Source of the DNA: the human T2T-CHM13v2.0 reference genome, Homo sapiens
Length of the DNA: 64,000 bases
Assembly (NCBI RefSeq): GCF_009914755.1
Contig: NC_060927.1
Direction: 5' to 3' (one strand)
A program made the position numbers and the translations under genes. Below are positions 1 to 20,700 of this stretch, one piece after another; position 1 is the stretch's first letter, and each line of letters starts with the position of its first letter. The notes under the pieces are model-generated. The model was not told the origin of the DNA. It searched no databases and saw only the letters and a program-made list of their open reading frames with translations.

Positions 1-814
1 GTAGAAAGCGCACTGATTTGAGAGTTGGGGTTTCTGGGTTCTCATTCTACCTTTGGCATTAACTAGTGTGTGACATGGAGAAAGTCGCTTCCCTTGGCTC
101 ACGGTCCCCTCTATAAGGCCAGTGAGTCCTTCCAATGCTAACTCTCTAGTGTCTATATTGAATAATCTTGCCATCTCTTGTGGGTTTGATCAGCATTTTG
201 TCAATCCCCATGACAAACCAGTTTCCAGTTTGGCATGTTTCTGGTGGAGCTAAGGCTGTTGGAACGTGGGAACTGGTCATGATCCATTCTTCATTCTCTC
301 CATTGAGGGCACCCAAAATAAAAGCCAATGGTTTAACGACAGTACTCGGGATGGGGACAGCTGAGATTAGGCCCAGGACGCAACCTCCTCACACTGATAT
401 TGAGACCACAGGAGACTGTGGTATCTTGTTCTTGCGGATTCCATGACAACCTGAAGTGTCCATCTCAAAAATGTCATCCTACCACACCATATCCCTCGCC
501 TCCTAAACTCACACCTTAGGCCAATCCTGAGGGCAGCATAGTAACTGGACATGACCCACCAACCATGCTCCAGAAGAGACATCCTGGCTGCCACAGGTCT
601 GCACCTTCCCTGCTGAGGCAGAGCCTTCTTTCCTGAATTTGTTTGCCAAATTCATGTGTCCCCAAATGGTCCTTCTTATAGAGATGTCTGATTTGCAATC
701 CTTACAACACCTTCATTGCTTTAAAAGAATGCAGGAATGGCTGAATAGGAACAGCTCCGGTCTACAGCTCCCAGCGTGAGCGACACAGAAGACGGGTGAT
801 TTCTGCATTTCCAA

Positions 815-1174
815 CTAAGGTACCGGGTTCATCTCACTGGGAAGCGCCAGACAGTACGTGCAGGACAGTGGGTGCAGCGCACCATGTGCGAGCCAAAGCA
901 GGGCGAGGCATCGCCTCACCCAGGAAGCACAAGGGGTCAGGGAATTCCCTTTCGTAGTCAAAGAAAGGGGTGACAGACAGCATCTGGAAAATCGGGTCAC
1001 TCCCACCCTAATACTGCGCTTTTCCAACAGGCTTAAAAAACAGCACACCAGGAGATTATATCCCGCACATGGCTCCGAAGGTCCTACGCCCATGGAGTCT
1101 CGCTCATTGCTAGCACAGCAGTCCGAGATCAAACTGCAAGGCGGCAGCAAGGCTGGGGGAGGGGCGCCCGCCAT
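815..1174 (-). CDS. L1 antisense ORF0-like reading frame (119 aa), open; expression unknown
   Basis: MAGAPPPALLPPCSLISDCCASNERDS... matches primate L1 ORF0. ATG at 1174 on the minus strand, no stop until 815. Confidence 0.55.
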   Translation of the reverse strand: MAGAPPPALLPPCSLISDCCASNERDSMGVGPSEPCAGYNLLVCCFLSLLEKRSIRVGVTRFSRCCLSPLSLTTKGNSLTPCASWVRRCLALLWLAHGALHPLSCTYCLALPSEMNPVP

Positions 1175-1756
1175 TGCCCAGTTAGTTGTTTGATTAGGTA
1201 AACAAAGCGGCTGGGAAGCTCCATCTGGGTGGAGCCCATCACAGCTCAAGGAGGCTTGCCTGCCTCTGTAGGCTCCACCTCTGGGGGCAGGGCACAGACA
1301 AACAAAAAGACAGCAGTAACCTCTGCAGACTTAAATGTCCCTCTCTGACAGCTTTGAAGAGAGTAGTGGTTCTCCCAGCACGCAGCTTGAGATCTGAGAA
1401 CGGGCAGACTGCCTCCTCAAGTGGGTCTTTGACCCCCGAGTAGCCTAACTGGGAGGCAACCCCCAGTAGGGGCGGACTGACACCTCACACGGCCGGGTAC
1501 TCCTCTGAGACAAAACTTCCGGAGGAACAATCAGGCAGCAGCATTTGTGGCTCACCAAAATCCACTGTTCTGCAGCCACCGCTGCTGATACCCAGGCAAA
1601 CAGAGTCTGGAGTGGACCTCTAGCAAACTCCAACAGACCTGCAGCTGAGGGTCCTGTTTGTTAGAAGGAAAACTAACAAACAGAAAGCACATCCACACCA
1701 AAACCCCATCTGTACATCACCATCATCAAAGACCAAAGGTAGATAAAACCACAAAG

Positions 1757-2775
1757 ATGGGGAAAAAACACAGCAGAAAAACTGGAAACTCTAAAAATCA
1801 GAGCGCCTTTCCTCCTCCAAAGGAACGCAGCTCCTCACCAGCAACGGAACAAATCTGGACGGAGAATGACTTTGATGAGTTGAGAGAAGAAGGCTTCAGA
1901 TGATCAAGCTACTCCGAGCTACAGGAGGAAATTTGAACCTATGGCAAAGAAGTTAAAAGCTTTGAAAAAAAAAATTAGACAAATGGATAACTAGAATGAC
2001 CAATGCAGAGAAGTCCTTAAAGGACCTGATGGAGCTGAAAACCAAGGCACGAGAGCTACATGACAAATGCAGAAGCCTCAGTAGCCGATGCGATCAACTG
2101 GAAGAAAGGGTATCAGTGATGGAAGACAAAATGAATGAAATGAAGCAAGAAGAGAAGTTTAGAGAAAAAAGAATAAAAAGAAACGAACAAAGCCGCCAAG
2201 AAATATGGGACTATGTGAAAAGACCAAATCTACGTCTGATTGGTGTACCTGAAAGTGACGGGGAGAATGGAACCAAGTTGGAAAATACCCTGCAGGATAT
2301 TATCCAGGAGAACTTCCCCAATCTAGCAAGGCAGACCAACATTCAGATTCAGGAAATACAGAGAACGCCACAAAGATACTCCTCGAGAAGAGCAACTCCA
2401 AGACACATAATTGTCAGATTCACCAAAGTTGAAATGAAGGAAAAAATGTTAAGGGAAGCCAGGGAGAAAGGTTGGGCTACCCACAAAGGGAAGCCCATCA
2501 GACTAACAGCTGATCTCTTGGCAGGAACTCTACAAGCCAGAAGAGAGTGGGGACCAATATTCAACATTCTTAAAGAAAAGAATTTTCAACCCAGAATTTC
2601 ACATCCAGCCAAACTAAGCTTCATAAGTGAAGGAGAAATAAAATACTTTACAGACAAGCAAATGCTGAGAGATTTTGTCACCACCAGGCCTGCCCTAAAA
2701 GAGCTCCTGAAGGAAGCACTAAACATGGAAAGGAACAACCCATACCAGCCACTGCAAAAACATGCCAAATTGTAA
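1757..2775 (+). pseudogene. L1 ORF1p (RNA-binding chaperone), disrupted
   Basis: Starts MGKKHSRKTGNSKNQS at ATG 1757. Premature TGA at 1901 and 1934 and a frameshift in the A-run at ~1965-1974. C-terminal part is open as ORF 1996-2775 (…YQPLQKHAKL). Confidence 0.95.
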
Positions 2776-2838
2776 AGACCATCAAGGCTAGGAAGAAACT
2801 GCATCAACTAACGAGCAAAATAACCAGCTAACATCATA

Positions 2839-6650
<3,812 letters not shown>

Positions 6651-7667
6651 ACAATGAGAACACATGGACACAGGAAGGGGAACATCACATACCAGGGACT
6701 GTTGTGGGGTGGGGGGAGAGGGGAGGGATAGCATTAGGAGATATACCTAATGCTAAATGAGGAGTTAATGGGTGCAGCACACCAACATGGCACATGTATA
6801 CATATGTAACTAACCTGCACGTTGTGCACATGTACCCTAAAACTTAAAGTATAATAATAATAAAATTAAAAAAAACAAAGAATGCAGGAGATATCTCCTT
6901 CTAATTACATTTACAGCTCACTTTCTCTCCTATAGCAAACAGACCCAGGTGTTGTCTTTTTTTTTTTTGACTTGCAAATATTTCGGATTTGTTTGGACAG
7001 CAGATTTCTTTCCAGGTTTTTGGAACGCTGAAGTCACTGACACATGGCTATGGAGATATACTGTAGCTGAGTGCAAACATCCCTGATTCCTAGTACAGTC
7101 AAACCTGCGTTTTAGGCCATGGTGGGTACAGGGAGGGATGAGCCTGACGTGGAACTGTCCCGGGGGCTGCCGAGAATGGCACTTTTCTGTCTGCAGAGAC
7201 CTTGAAGAGGAGATCTGAACAAGGTGTATCATCATTTGTCTTGAGCCCTCTCACTCCCCACCTCTCCCCTTACCCTGTCCCAGGGACAGGCTGATTCTAC
7301 TTCAGATCTCTATTCAGCATTGTTCCCCTTTTGGGAATAGTAATGGAACAGCCTAGATCCCGGGGCATCGTCCTGCCAAATTTCTAGTCTGAGTCTAGCC
7401 CCACTTACCATTAGGCTCCCATTAGCCTGTTAGGCCCTCTTATCTAAAGGGCACATATGAAGCAAGACGCAGTCTGGGGAGAACTGGCTGCCAAAGCCAG
7501 ACACCTTGGGATCCTGCTCATTATTGTGACCTCCCTCATCCCTGAGTTAAAGTCTTAATCTGTGCATACTCGGTGGAAACTTATTTGTCCAAAGTTGTTT
7601 GTCTATGTTATTGCTTTAGGGCCTCCAAAGATCTGGCCAAGTTAGGTGGCATTAGAACAAGTATCTT

Positions 7668-8066
<399 letters not shown>

Positions 8067-8169
8067 TTATATAAATATTAAATATTAAATTTGCCTGCTT
8101 GGTGTGCAAGCAAAACCTCTAATCATTAATTTTGGTCAAGTTTAAAACAGAGATTCCCATTTATGGCGC

Positions 8170-8340
8170 ACGTCGGTATAAACACGGCAGCTTTATAAAA
8201 ATTCCCATGCCTGAGGCCCATCCCCCCAAAATCTATTTTAATTGATTTGGAGTAGGGCCTGGGTATTGATTTTTTTTCTTTTGTTTTTAAAAAGCTCCCT
8301 GATGATTCTGTTTGCAGCCAGAATTGAGAGCCGTTGTTCT
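8170..8340. mobile_element. MER5-family hAT-Charlie DNA transposon remnant
   Basis: AAAAGCTCCCTGATGATTCTG…GCAGCCAGAATTGAGAGCC is typical of a MER5 end; boundaries approximate. Confidence 0.6.
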
Positions 8341-9477
8341 GAATGATGCCTGAGAAGAGTGTTAATCTGGCGTGTGTCGGGGCAAGGGGAGGCACGGTCG
8401 AGGGAGGTGTTAAACTGAGTTGGCTGACTTGTTTTGTCTGTCTTCAGCCCAGTAGCTGGACAGGAACAAAGTCAAGACTACAGTGCAGTTATGTAAGGCT
8501 TGAGGATAAGCCTCTTCCACTAAAACTGACTCATTACTGTGTGTATATTCCATTTAAAGCAATCTAGAGCAATAATGTGGAAATACTGGGTGAGAGCCAC
8601 GTTTTGTGAATATGGTTAGGGCCCAATAATGGTCAATAATCATTCTATGACCAGAATGGAGAAGTGACAGTAAAAAAGAACTCTCCCATTTAAAATAATC
8701 TGCACTGGAAATGCCCCAGTGTTTCTCGTAATACCGGCTGATACTGAGCCCAGTAACACACTCATATTGCCTTGAATTTCAAGACAGCACTGTGGTGATC
8801 TCTGATGATTCGAGGCTCACATTTTGCCATCTCTTGCACCCGAGCTGAACTTCTGGCTCAGTGTGTCTGAAGGCAGAGTGGGAAGACAATTCAGGTAGCA
8901 GAGAAGTGAACAAAGGACATTCCCTGAATAGGCGAATTCAAGCTCGTTAGCAGTTAGTTAGCCTGGAATGAGGCTGATCATCTGTCGGCGGAATTTTTCA
9001 GGAGCTGCAAATGGTTGGAATCTTTGTTTTCCTTTTCCTGGGAAAGAGAGGTCCATTAGCTCTCCAGCTGCATTAGAGCTTAATTTATTTTGTTTTGTTT
9101 TGGTTTTTAACACTGTAGAGGGGACAGTACATTCCAAATGTTAGAGGACAGCTAAGGGAGATTCGTCCTCTTTAGAGGGTATCATTAAGCATATGGTGCC
9201 TCACAGGGATGGGGAAGGCAGTGCACAGGCAGGAGCCAAGACAGGGATTAGCTCATAGAAGGCGGCTGGCTGGATATAGGAAGAGCTGCCAGGTAAAGGG
9301 ACCCAAGCTTGGGACTTAAAGCTCAGGTCTAGTCGTGTTTTTAAAGAGTTGTCATCTTTCAAACATACAAGGGTAAAGATTTAGGAACTGCCCTCAGGAA
9401 TGAGATGCATGAAACTCACAGACAAACCGAAATCCCAGAATCTTTGGTACCTAGTGGACATTTCCCTGGGGCTGACT

Positions 9478-9601
9478 CCTGGGCGGGGTGTCTGCTGCCC
9501 TCCACTAACAGCCAGGGAGCCCAGCCCTTGGTATAGGATTCCTGGGCAGGGTGTCTGCTGCCCTCCACTAACAGCCAGGGAGCCCAGCCCTTGGTATAGG
9601 A
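9478..9601. repeat. Tandem duplication, 63-bp unit x2
   Basis: CCTGGGC(G/A)GGGTGTCTGCTGCCCTCCACTAACAGCC…GGTATAGGA starts at 9478 and 9541. Confidence 0.95.
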
Positions 9602-10487
9602 GTACAGGCTGAAGTGCCCAGGGGTTTACCCGATCCCACAGTTTTAGAGGCAAGAAGCTGACATTTAAGGCTTGAATAGTGCTCCTTTTCTAAGTAAATG
9701 ACAACCTGGAGAAAGGTCTAACTGAGCCAGGTGTTCGACATTTTCAAACTGACTTTCTTTTCAAAGAGACCTGGAAGATTGACTCCCATCGTACTCTCTC
9801 CCAGCCTCCCGGTGGAAAGGGAGTCCCTAGTCCCATTGTGGCTCCAGAATGTGACAAAGGCACAGGCACAGGCTCAGCTTGGCTTAGCCTGCTGTCCCTT
9901 CCCGAAGGCTGTGTCTTCAGTGGGATGAGAAAGACTTTGGCAGAGGCTTTTAGGCTATGAACAGGCCAGGTGCATTTAGTCAGCAGTGTAAGCTAATACC
10001 AGAAAAGATGAAGTAGAGAAAGGCGCTGTGAAATTGCCACCTGAGGCAGAACCATATGAGGCTGAATCCAGGGGAGACCCTGTTTCTCATGGCCCTTGCC
10101 TGATGGTCATGATAAATTAAATACAAACACCTACCCATATGCTAGAAATTGATTTCAACTCCTTTACCAAATAAGCAAAATATCGGCATCGATTATGTAT
10201 AGTTAGATCTCTGTTTGCCAATCAATCTTCTTCTGCAATCCCCGATCTGCGCTAGACAGAGCAAACCCCTTCTCTGTGCCACCTGAGCAGTGCTTTAGTT
10301 GGACTCTGCTATGCTCACTGCTTCGGACAGGGAAAGTGACTCTCCCAGGCTACAGTGGACCTGTAACTTACTCATCTTGCATCCTCAGCAGTGGAAGGCT
10401 CTTGGTGAACGTCAATGGAATGAACCTGTGTGTGCATGTAGTCCATCTATTATCTCTAATAAACACTGAAAGCCAAAGAACAAGGAT

Positions 10488-10581
10488 GGAGTAATCAGGA
10501 AACAGAGAGAGAGGTATCATCAGGTAACCAGGAGGAGTAATCAGGAAATAGAGAGAGAGGTATCATCAGGTAACCAGGAGG
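10488..10581. repeat. Tandem duplication, 46-bp unit x2
   Basis: GGAGTAATCAGGAAA(C/T)AGAGAGAGAGGTATCATCAGGTAACCAGGA starts at 10488 and 10534. Confidence 0.95.
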
Positions 10582-12384
10582 TAGAGGCGTAAGGTTGAAA
10601 CATATGAAATCATTCATAGCCAGTTAGTTTCTCTTCTAACTGACCTTCTAAGTGACCTTCTAAGTGACCTTCTCCTGGTCACCTCACTCCCCACATCCCC
10701 AAAGGAGGAAGTGCAGTGGACAGGTGTTGGCTGAGAGTCCAGAGGACCTGGATCAAGAGTCAGGAGGGTGGGCTTCTCTCTAATTGAACGTGTGGCTTGG
10801 AGTCAGTTCCTCTCCTTTTCTGGGCTTCAGTTTCCCCTTCTCTAGAAGAAGAATAGACTAGGTGGCCTCTCAAAGTCTTTACAGCTCTGATATTTTGTAA
10901 TTTTATGTATCTAATGCTATAATTCCAAAGTATTAAAGAAAAGGGCAGTGCCCCATGGTTTGAGGGGCAGAGACTATAGCACAGATTGCACCAAACCCTG
11001 AATTTACCCAGCAGCCTTTGGCCCTGGAGGACCTAAGTGAGTTTCAGCCTGAAAACACTCAGTGTTTCCAATGCCAGACCCCAGCTGCACAAAATAGGAA
11101 AAATCTTGTTAGGAAATGACCACAGTCCCCTAGAGCTGTGGAAAACATTGCCTCAGACAAAAAGGACTTTTCCATTGGGAAAAAAAAATCAGCAGTATTG
11201 TGTCTGCTGATGCTGTCTGCCCAGGCGGTTCTCATCGAGTCCTGCCTACTCAGGTCCCTGGCTCTGGGGCAGTTCTTTTCCACTTCATGTTGGTCCTAAT
11301 GGTAAATGCAGGTTGTTCTCCTCTTCTGGCCCCAACTGTCCCAGGAATCAGACTTGGAAGTCATTTTAAAATTCATCTTTGGACTGTCTGACTTTTCAAT
11401 ACTTCCTCCAGAGGCAAAAATCACAAAATGCTTTCACCGCAATGGGTCTCAGAAGTTATCTCGTGATACCTATTTAATCCCCTGTCTGTGGAGGAACATG
11501 ACGTCCCAGGTAGGGAAGTGCATTGCTCAAGGTCACATAGAGAGGTCAGGGGACCTGGTCCTGAGCCCAGTTCAGGGTTCTTTCCATTTCCAAGCTGTCT
11601 CTAGCCACAGGGCCAATTCTCTTCTACCTTCCCACAGCAGATGTTTCCCAACCAACCAACTAGCCAACCAGCTAACCAACCTGCAAGTATTTCCTATAAG
11701 CCTTGGACTGTGCATTCTCTGATGCTCTGCTGTAAACGATTATTTTTTTACTGTTCCAAAATGCAGCAGTAAAGAGTAAGCACTCACCTTTGGGGGCAGA
11801 GCAGAACTGGCCTGCTTCTTTGAGTCCTGCTTCGATTTCTGGAGCTTAAACATAGTGTCCCATCATTCCTTGAAGACATGCAGCTGCTAAGAAAGAGTTG
11901 CATATTTGTAAGTGGGGGCCAGTGAGAGATGTCTGGTCAGACCCCAGTTCTGGGGCGGGGTGGCTTTGGTCTGAGTGGTGGTCAGACCTATGCAGGAAGC
12001 CGCACCAGGCAGAGAGGAGGCCTCGGCCCGCCCAGGTTCCCACCCAGGTGTCCACCCTGGTGCAGTCCCCTCTGTCTGCCACCACGAGGACCTCTTCCTG
12101 AGGTTCCAAAGTTGAGCCGAGTGTAGTCCTTGCCCAGTCGATGCTTTCTGGGCTCACTCTCTCAAAAAGGAAGTAGCCCCTTTTATTCTTAGACCACCAC
12201 AGATGCAGACAAAGCCCGGATTTTAAAGAGGAAATTTCTACTAAAATAAAATAGAAAATAAACAAAACCTAGATAAGATTATATTTATAGACTATAATTT
12301 TCTAAATAAAATGTAAAATGCACATTTATGGTAGAAAACGTGGAAATATATGTTTTAAGAATTCATAAGCCCACCCATCGCCTA

Positions 12385-12987
<603 letters not shown>

Positions 12988-13192
12988 CCAAGAGAAACCA
13001 CGGATAACATTCTGGCGCACCTGCTCCATTGTGGGGTGTATGTATTTGACGAGTCTGGCTCCTGGTCAAACACCTATGTGTGATTTTTCAGGTCTGACTG
13101 CAAGCAATGGCAGAGGCTTGACCTGGCAGCCCTCCTGGGGAAGCTCCCCTCCCCACACCAGACCTGGTGCCCAGCCAGCACACAGGAGGCTC

Positions 13193-14028
<836 letters not shown>

Positions 14029-14085
14029 CTCCCAACAGTATTTTTAAAAACAAAACAGTAATCATATTGAAATACAATTATATCT

Positions 14086-15137
<1,052 letters not shown>

Positions 15138-16359
15138 CTAAGTCGTAGCCTAATTGCCCTATTTCCTTGTTAATGTAACAAGTCTTAGTCCCTACGGTGA
15201 CCGAGTGGGCGCAATTTACCAAACACCCCACCCAATGCCTCTATCCTGTCTGGGTTTCTAGCCTGAGCTAGATTCAGAGGGCACTATCTGATGGGGTGTG
15301 TCTGCACACACACATGCACGCGTATTGTACTCTTAGTCCCTATCAGAATACGCTTCCTTCAGTCTTAGCGGTGGGTGTGAGCCCCCGGGCCTCTGTGTCT
15401 CTAGCCTTGTAGAGCTCATCCACTGTGTCTTCGATGGGCTGCTTCCTTTGAATCCTGCCCTCATTTCCACTGTCCTCAGCCTCTGCTTTATTGAGATGAG
15501 TCCCACACCTCCCACCCACTCCACCCCACTCCTTGCTGGCTAAGCACAAGTGCCTGGTACCCTCCAAAAAAATCGTTAGTCTACGAAAAAGGGGGAATCT
15601 GGAAAAGATGGGAGTGACCTCTGTAAGCTAAGATTTCCAGAGCTAAGTGCACTCCCCTGGGAGAGCACGCAGACCTCCACTCCCTAATTGAGTCTTCAAT
15701 TGTCTAGTTTAAGTTTGCTGGAAAATTAGATGAAAAAACTCCCCAGGCTTCACACTCCTGGAGCCAAGGGCCGGGAGAAGGAAGGTTGCACAGACTCTTG
15801 TCGTCTACATAAAAGGCAAGGGGGTGCTGAGCTGGGGCTGAGATCCACCAAAGACCAGGTCAGGGTTTAAGGGTGAGTTGGGGGACCTGTGCTCAGGGAC
15901 AAGGAGGCTCATTTGCACAGGAAGAAGGAGCCTAAGAGAGGGGCATAGAAAACACTGAGAGAAGGTAATGCTGTGGCAGGGATGTGGCGAGCAGAAGGGA
16001 GTCGTTTTATAGAACAGGAAACAATCTGTTGCGGGGATTATTATACCTCCTGAGGAAGAAAAGGCAATTTAATTTTTTGGGAGAAGGCGATTGGAGTGTA
16101 AACTGACGAGGATGCCGTCTGAAAGAGCATTCATTCTCTGCTTGTCAAGACTCTGGAAATGCAGAGGGCCCCGGTATCCTACCAGAAGCAAGCCCCAGGG
16201 TGCAAGCAAGTCTTTCTGGCTGGAAGGAAGGTGCAGGCGCAGCAGTGATGTCCTTCCAGCACTGTGCCTGGCACAAGTGGGCGCCCAGCATGTTCATGCC
16301 CACCTGGCTGTTGCTGTCTGCCCTGTCACCCGCATCCACATCAGATGCATCTCCAGACT

Positions 16360-16620
16360 CCTTCATTCATTCCCTCATTCGTTCACTTGTCTGACAAATG
16401 CTTACGGAGCTCCTTGCTCTGTGCTGAGCATAGCGCTAGGCACCGAAGGAGATGAAAGAAAAATAAGTTAGGGTTTTCACCTCCGGAGAGCTGATAGTCT
16501 AGTGGAGAAGCAAACCAATGAACACATTTCTAAGTCTCCAACGCAGTCAAGGACGGCGACAGGGAAGAGCTCGATGTGATGGTGTAAGGACTAAGGAGGG
16601 GTTGAGAAGGCTTCTCTTAC
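16360..16620 (-). mobile_element. L2 3' fragment
   Basis: TTCATTCATTC…ACAAATGCTTACGGAGCTCCTTGCTCTGTGC is a typical L2 tail in antisense. Confidence 0.6.
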
Positions 16621-17398
16621 AAGTGGAGAGCCGAGAAAAAAAAAAAACAGGGACTGAAAGAAAGTCCTAAGAAGGAGGAAGAGAATTAGAGGAGATTTAT
16701 TCCCCTAGTCCAGTAGGCAGAAGCTCAGCAAATATTTTTTGGCCCACACCCAATAAAAATTGAATCCATAAATCATAAAGATTTAATAATTAGTCTTGTG
16801 AATCCTGTGACGAATACAGCTTTTCTCTTGAATTTATGGAGGAAGATGGAGTTTCCGTGTTCAGTTTTCCATGGATAAGGATAAGGGACCCTGGGTTCCC
16901 TTTGTGTTCCCCACTCCCCTAGGGACGGTCCTTGAGCAGCTGCGGAAGAGTGTACGGATCTGAGGAACTGGTAACAGTGAAGAGCTGTGGAATGATCCCT
17001 GGGTGGGGAGTCCAAGTTTCCAAGCCAGGGCGACTGAGAAATTGCCAACCACAGTTCAGGGTCTTTGAAGCATTCCTGAGTAAGAACCTGAGAAGCCGGT
17101 CCCGCTAGGCCTTGAGATTTCTCTTGGATGGGAGGCCTTTGCTTCTGTCTCCCTTGTCCAGCTTCACCCTCTGGTTTAGACTCAAATTTGCCTCCTCCAC
17201 CTGGGAAATCTGCTCCCCCTGGAATGGGGCTCAGAGCACCTCCCATTCCCAGTCCCTCCACCCTGTCATAATCCGCTTCCTGGATGTCTAGCAAAATACC
17301 CCCACCTAAGGCAGAACTGGCATGGCTCCAGGATCCACTTCTGTTAAGCTCAGAGGAATCTGGCCACAGCAGAAATAATGGCCTCTAAAAAGTAGTCC

Positions 17399-17720
<322 letters not shown>

Positions 17721-20700
17721 AGAAGTCTGTTTTTCTAATATATCCTCCCATTCTCTTTCCCACAGGACTGGGCCCACTGGCCTTCCCACTGTCATTCACC
17801 ACCACCAGCCCTTTGAGAGCCTGCCATTCTGGAACCTTCTTTTCCAGCCACAGTCTTAAGATGATGAGCAACCTCTGCAGAAAGAATGTAAAGTTACAAC
17901 ACGCACACAGATCCCATCAAGATGAGAGTGAGTGGAGATGATGCCCTATTTCCAAGCAGCTCAGAGTGCATGTGTGCCAGACACGAGCGGACTGCCGGAG
18001 ATAGCTGACACAGATCCGAGGACACAGAAGGAGGCTCTTTAAAAAGCCAGAGCAACAGCTAGCATGTGAGAGGTCTGATTAATCCACCAAGGGCTTATCT
18101 ATGCATCAACAAACAGCGATGGTCTGTGTCTTGTTCCCTGGATACTTCCTGGCTCATGCAAGACACTCGGTATTTATTTGTTAGATGAGCGATAAATACA
18201 TGAATACTTAGACTCATTTGTCTCAAATTGCCTGAGGTTTTAACTACCCCAACCAGATATTTTGGAATCATAAACACCCAGGCATTGAATATTTAAATAC
18301 ATATGCAAACACCTGGAGTTCACTAATTTCCTTGTGATTTGTCCCCTGGGAGGCTGTGCACCGCTAGGCAGAGAATGGAAGAAAATCTCTGGTGCTTGTT
18401 GATAATCACAGAGAAAGATGAACTTGTGGTATATGTGTATGATAGTGTGTAGCCAAGGACAGGAAAAACGAGACAATGATTCTGTAATGGAAAAAAATCT
18501 CAAGTCTTCAATATTTGTCTTTACGAGGACTCCCCTGATCAGCTCCTGTGAGCAGGGCCCCATCCCTTGCTGTCAGTATCAGCCTCCAGGAACCTGCTGT
18601 AAGTTTAAATGGGCCCTCCAGTTCTCAAGAGGTTGCTGTCCACTTTCCCAGCCCTGGGACCCTCGCATATGGCTGTCGGTGACTTGTGCAGGAATTTAGT
18701 TCTGTCGCCATCTCACCGCAAGAAAGAATGTCCTAACTGTCCAGCAGATGCTGGTTGTCCCCACTCGGAGACAATGATGGACTGGGTAATTCTGTAATTG
18801 GGCTAGACCTGCTGCCGACCCACTCTCTGGGCCCCATGGCTCAATGTTGGCTAAGGGAGTAGTGGATTCTGCTTCCACCTTAGTGAGGGCCAAAGATGCT
18901 GGAGAAGGAGGTAGGTACCAAGAATCATAGAACAAAGGTGCTTATTAGACAAGGAAGAGATTGCTCCACGTGACTCCAGTGGGCTTGGAATGGGCCTGGG
19001 TGGCAGCTGAAATGTGACAGATGCCAGGCAAGCTTTCCAGCTTCACAGAGATCTGACTTAGCCTTCCAGCTGATGCACACGCAGGGGAAGCCAGGGCTGT
19101 GGCAGGAAAAGGGGCGTTCCCAGGGTGTGGCAACTAGTGCGGCTTGGGGACAGGGCTGTTCACAGCTATGCTGCTTGAGAGAGCAGGGCTCACTGAGCAA
19201 GGAGAAGGGCGGTGGCTACAACCAGCCACATTGAAAAGACGCTTGCTTCTCCTAAATCACAAACTTTCCCTCAACACTGGCGGGAAGCTGTTTATATTTC
19301 CCAGCAAAAGACTGAGCAGAGTTTAAGATGAACAACAGATTGCAAACTTTCCTTCTCTTTGAGTGGTGATGGAGGTGGGAGGGGATAGAGACGTGTGGAA
19401 ACACACAGAGATACAGCCATGATGAATCAGTTTGTCTGCGAAGTATTTGACCACACACATTAAACAAATTGGAAATTAGCAGTCAGCTCTAACATCTCTT
19501 TATACCCAAGTGACAAAACTCAGACAATTAAGCTTCTGTTTCTCTGACGTTTTAACAGCAGGAAATAAAAATCTAGCAATAATAGACAGCAAATTCCTTC
19601 TTTTGTCTGGAGGGCAGGGGAATGGGGAATAAAAATATATCTTGTACCTTCATCATTTAATAGATTTTAGTGGAATTACCAGGCCAGAAAGTATCCTATT
19701 ACATGGAAAGAAACAGACTGGGTTTCCAGTTTATTACTAACTTAGGGATCGCTGCATGATTTGAGCTGATGTTTTCTTTTTCTTTTTTCTTTCTCCTTTT
19801 TTAATGAAAACGAAAGTCCTTTGTGTGCAGTCTCTCTGAACTTTCAGAACAATGTAAGAACTTTAAGAACAATGTTCTTAAGTCACACGATTCCTTCGGG
19901 GACACACGAAGCGCACTTCTAAACCCATAATCCTGGGCTATAAAAAGGATCTGGGGCGGGTGATCAAAGGTGAACTGCCCATTTACAACCTCTCTTTCAA
20001 GCCCCCTTCCCATCTCCCTGACAGTTTTATAGAAGTCCTTCTCTTTTGCTCCAACCCAGATCAAAGACTTGGATAGAGGGGTCTCCCCACCCTCCTGCCT
20101 GGCATGGAAGGAAGGGATTACCCCCGAAATTAGAAACCCCAGTGCAGTGGGCTTACCCTCCTACCTGGGGGATAGGGGGTGAGACCTGGAGCCTCTCTTG
20201 TCAATAGGAACAGACCAGGACAAAGATGGGATAAACTCAGGGTGCCCCGCTCTGTTCTGGCAGCAGAGGAGACAAACTTGCTCTCTCTTCCCTTCAGCCT
20301 TCAAAAGAGAAATTCTCTGATCTTCTGTGCACAGGTTTTAGTTAACATCTACAAGTTGCTAGGATCATGTTTATGTTATCAGTAAACCTTCCCTTCCCTC
20401 CCACCCAAGTAATAGTCCCCATCCAGAGCATCAGAAGCTCCCCCTAAACTCTGAGTCTGAGATATCGGGGAGCTGAGGGAGGCGGGAAGAAGCTGCAAGG
20501 TGTGTGGCATCAATTCAGGTCACAGCCTCATCCATTTGTTCATTTGTTCTCAATACGACTCCCTACTTTTGCCTGGACATGCTGGGATCTGCTTAGGACT
20601 TGGGGGTGAAGGTACATTTCCTGGGAATACTTATTCGAGGGCTGGAAGTGCCTCAGTCCCCAGAGACTCCCCACCTAGTCCTGAAAGGAGACACCAAGAG

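Noticed and set aside
9494-9575. CTCF-like motif duplicated in the 63-bp repeat
   Set aside because: TGCCCTCCACTAA mismatches the core at key positions.
15343-15567. Protein-like peptide (RIQRKQPIEDTVDELYKARDTEAR)
   Set aside because: I see no recognisable homology, ATG start, clear exon boundaries or partner exons.
19939-20160. TATAAAAAG, GC box and NF-kB-like sites
   Set aside because: The GC box is downstream of the TATA, and there is no CpG island or convincing exon; insufficient to call a promoter.
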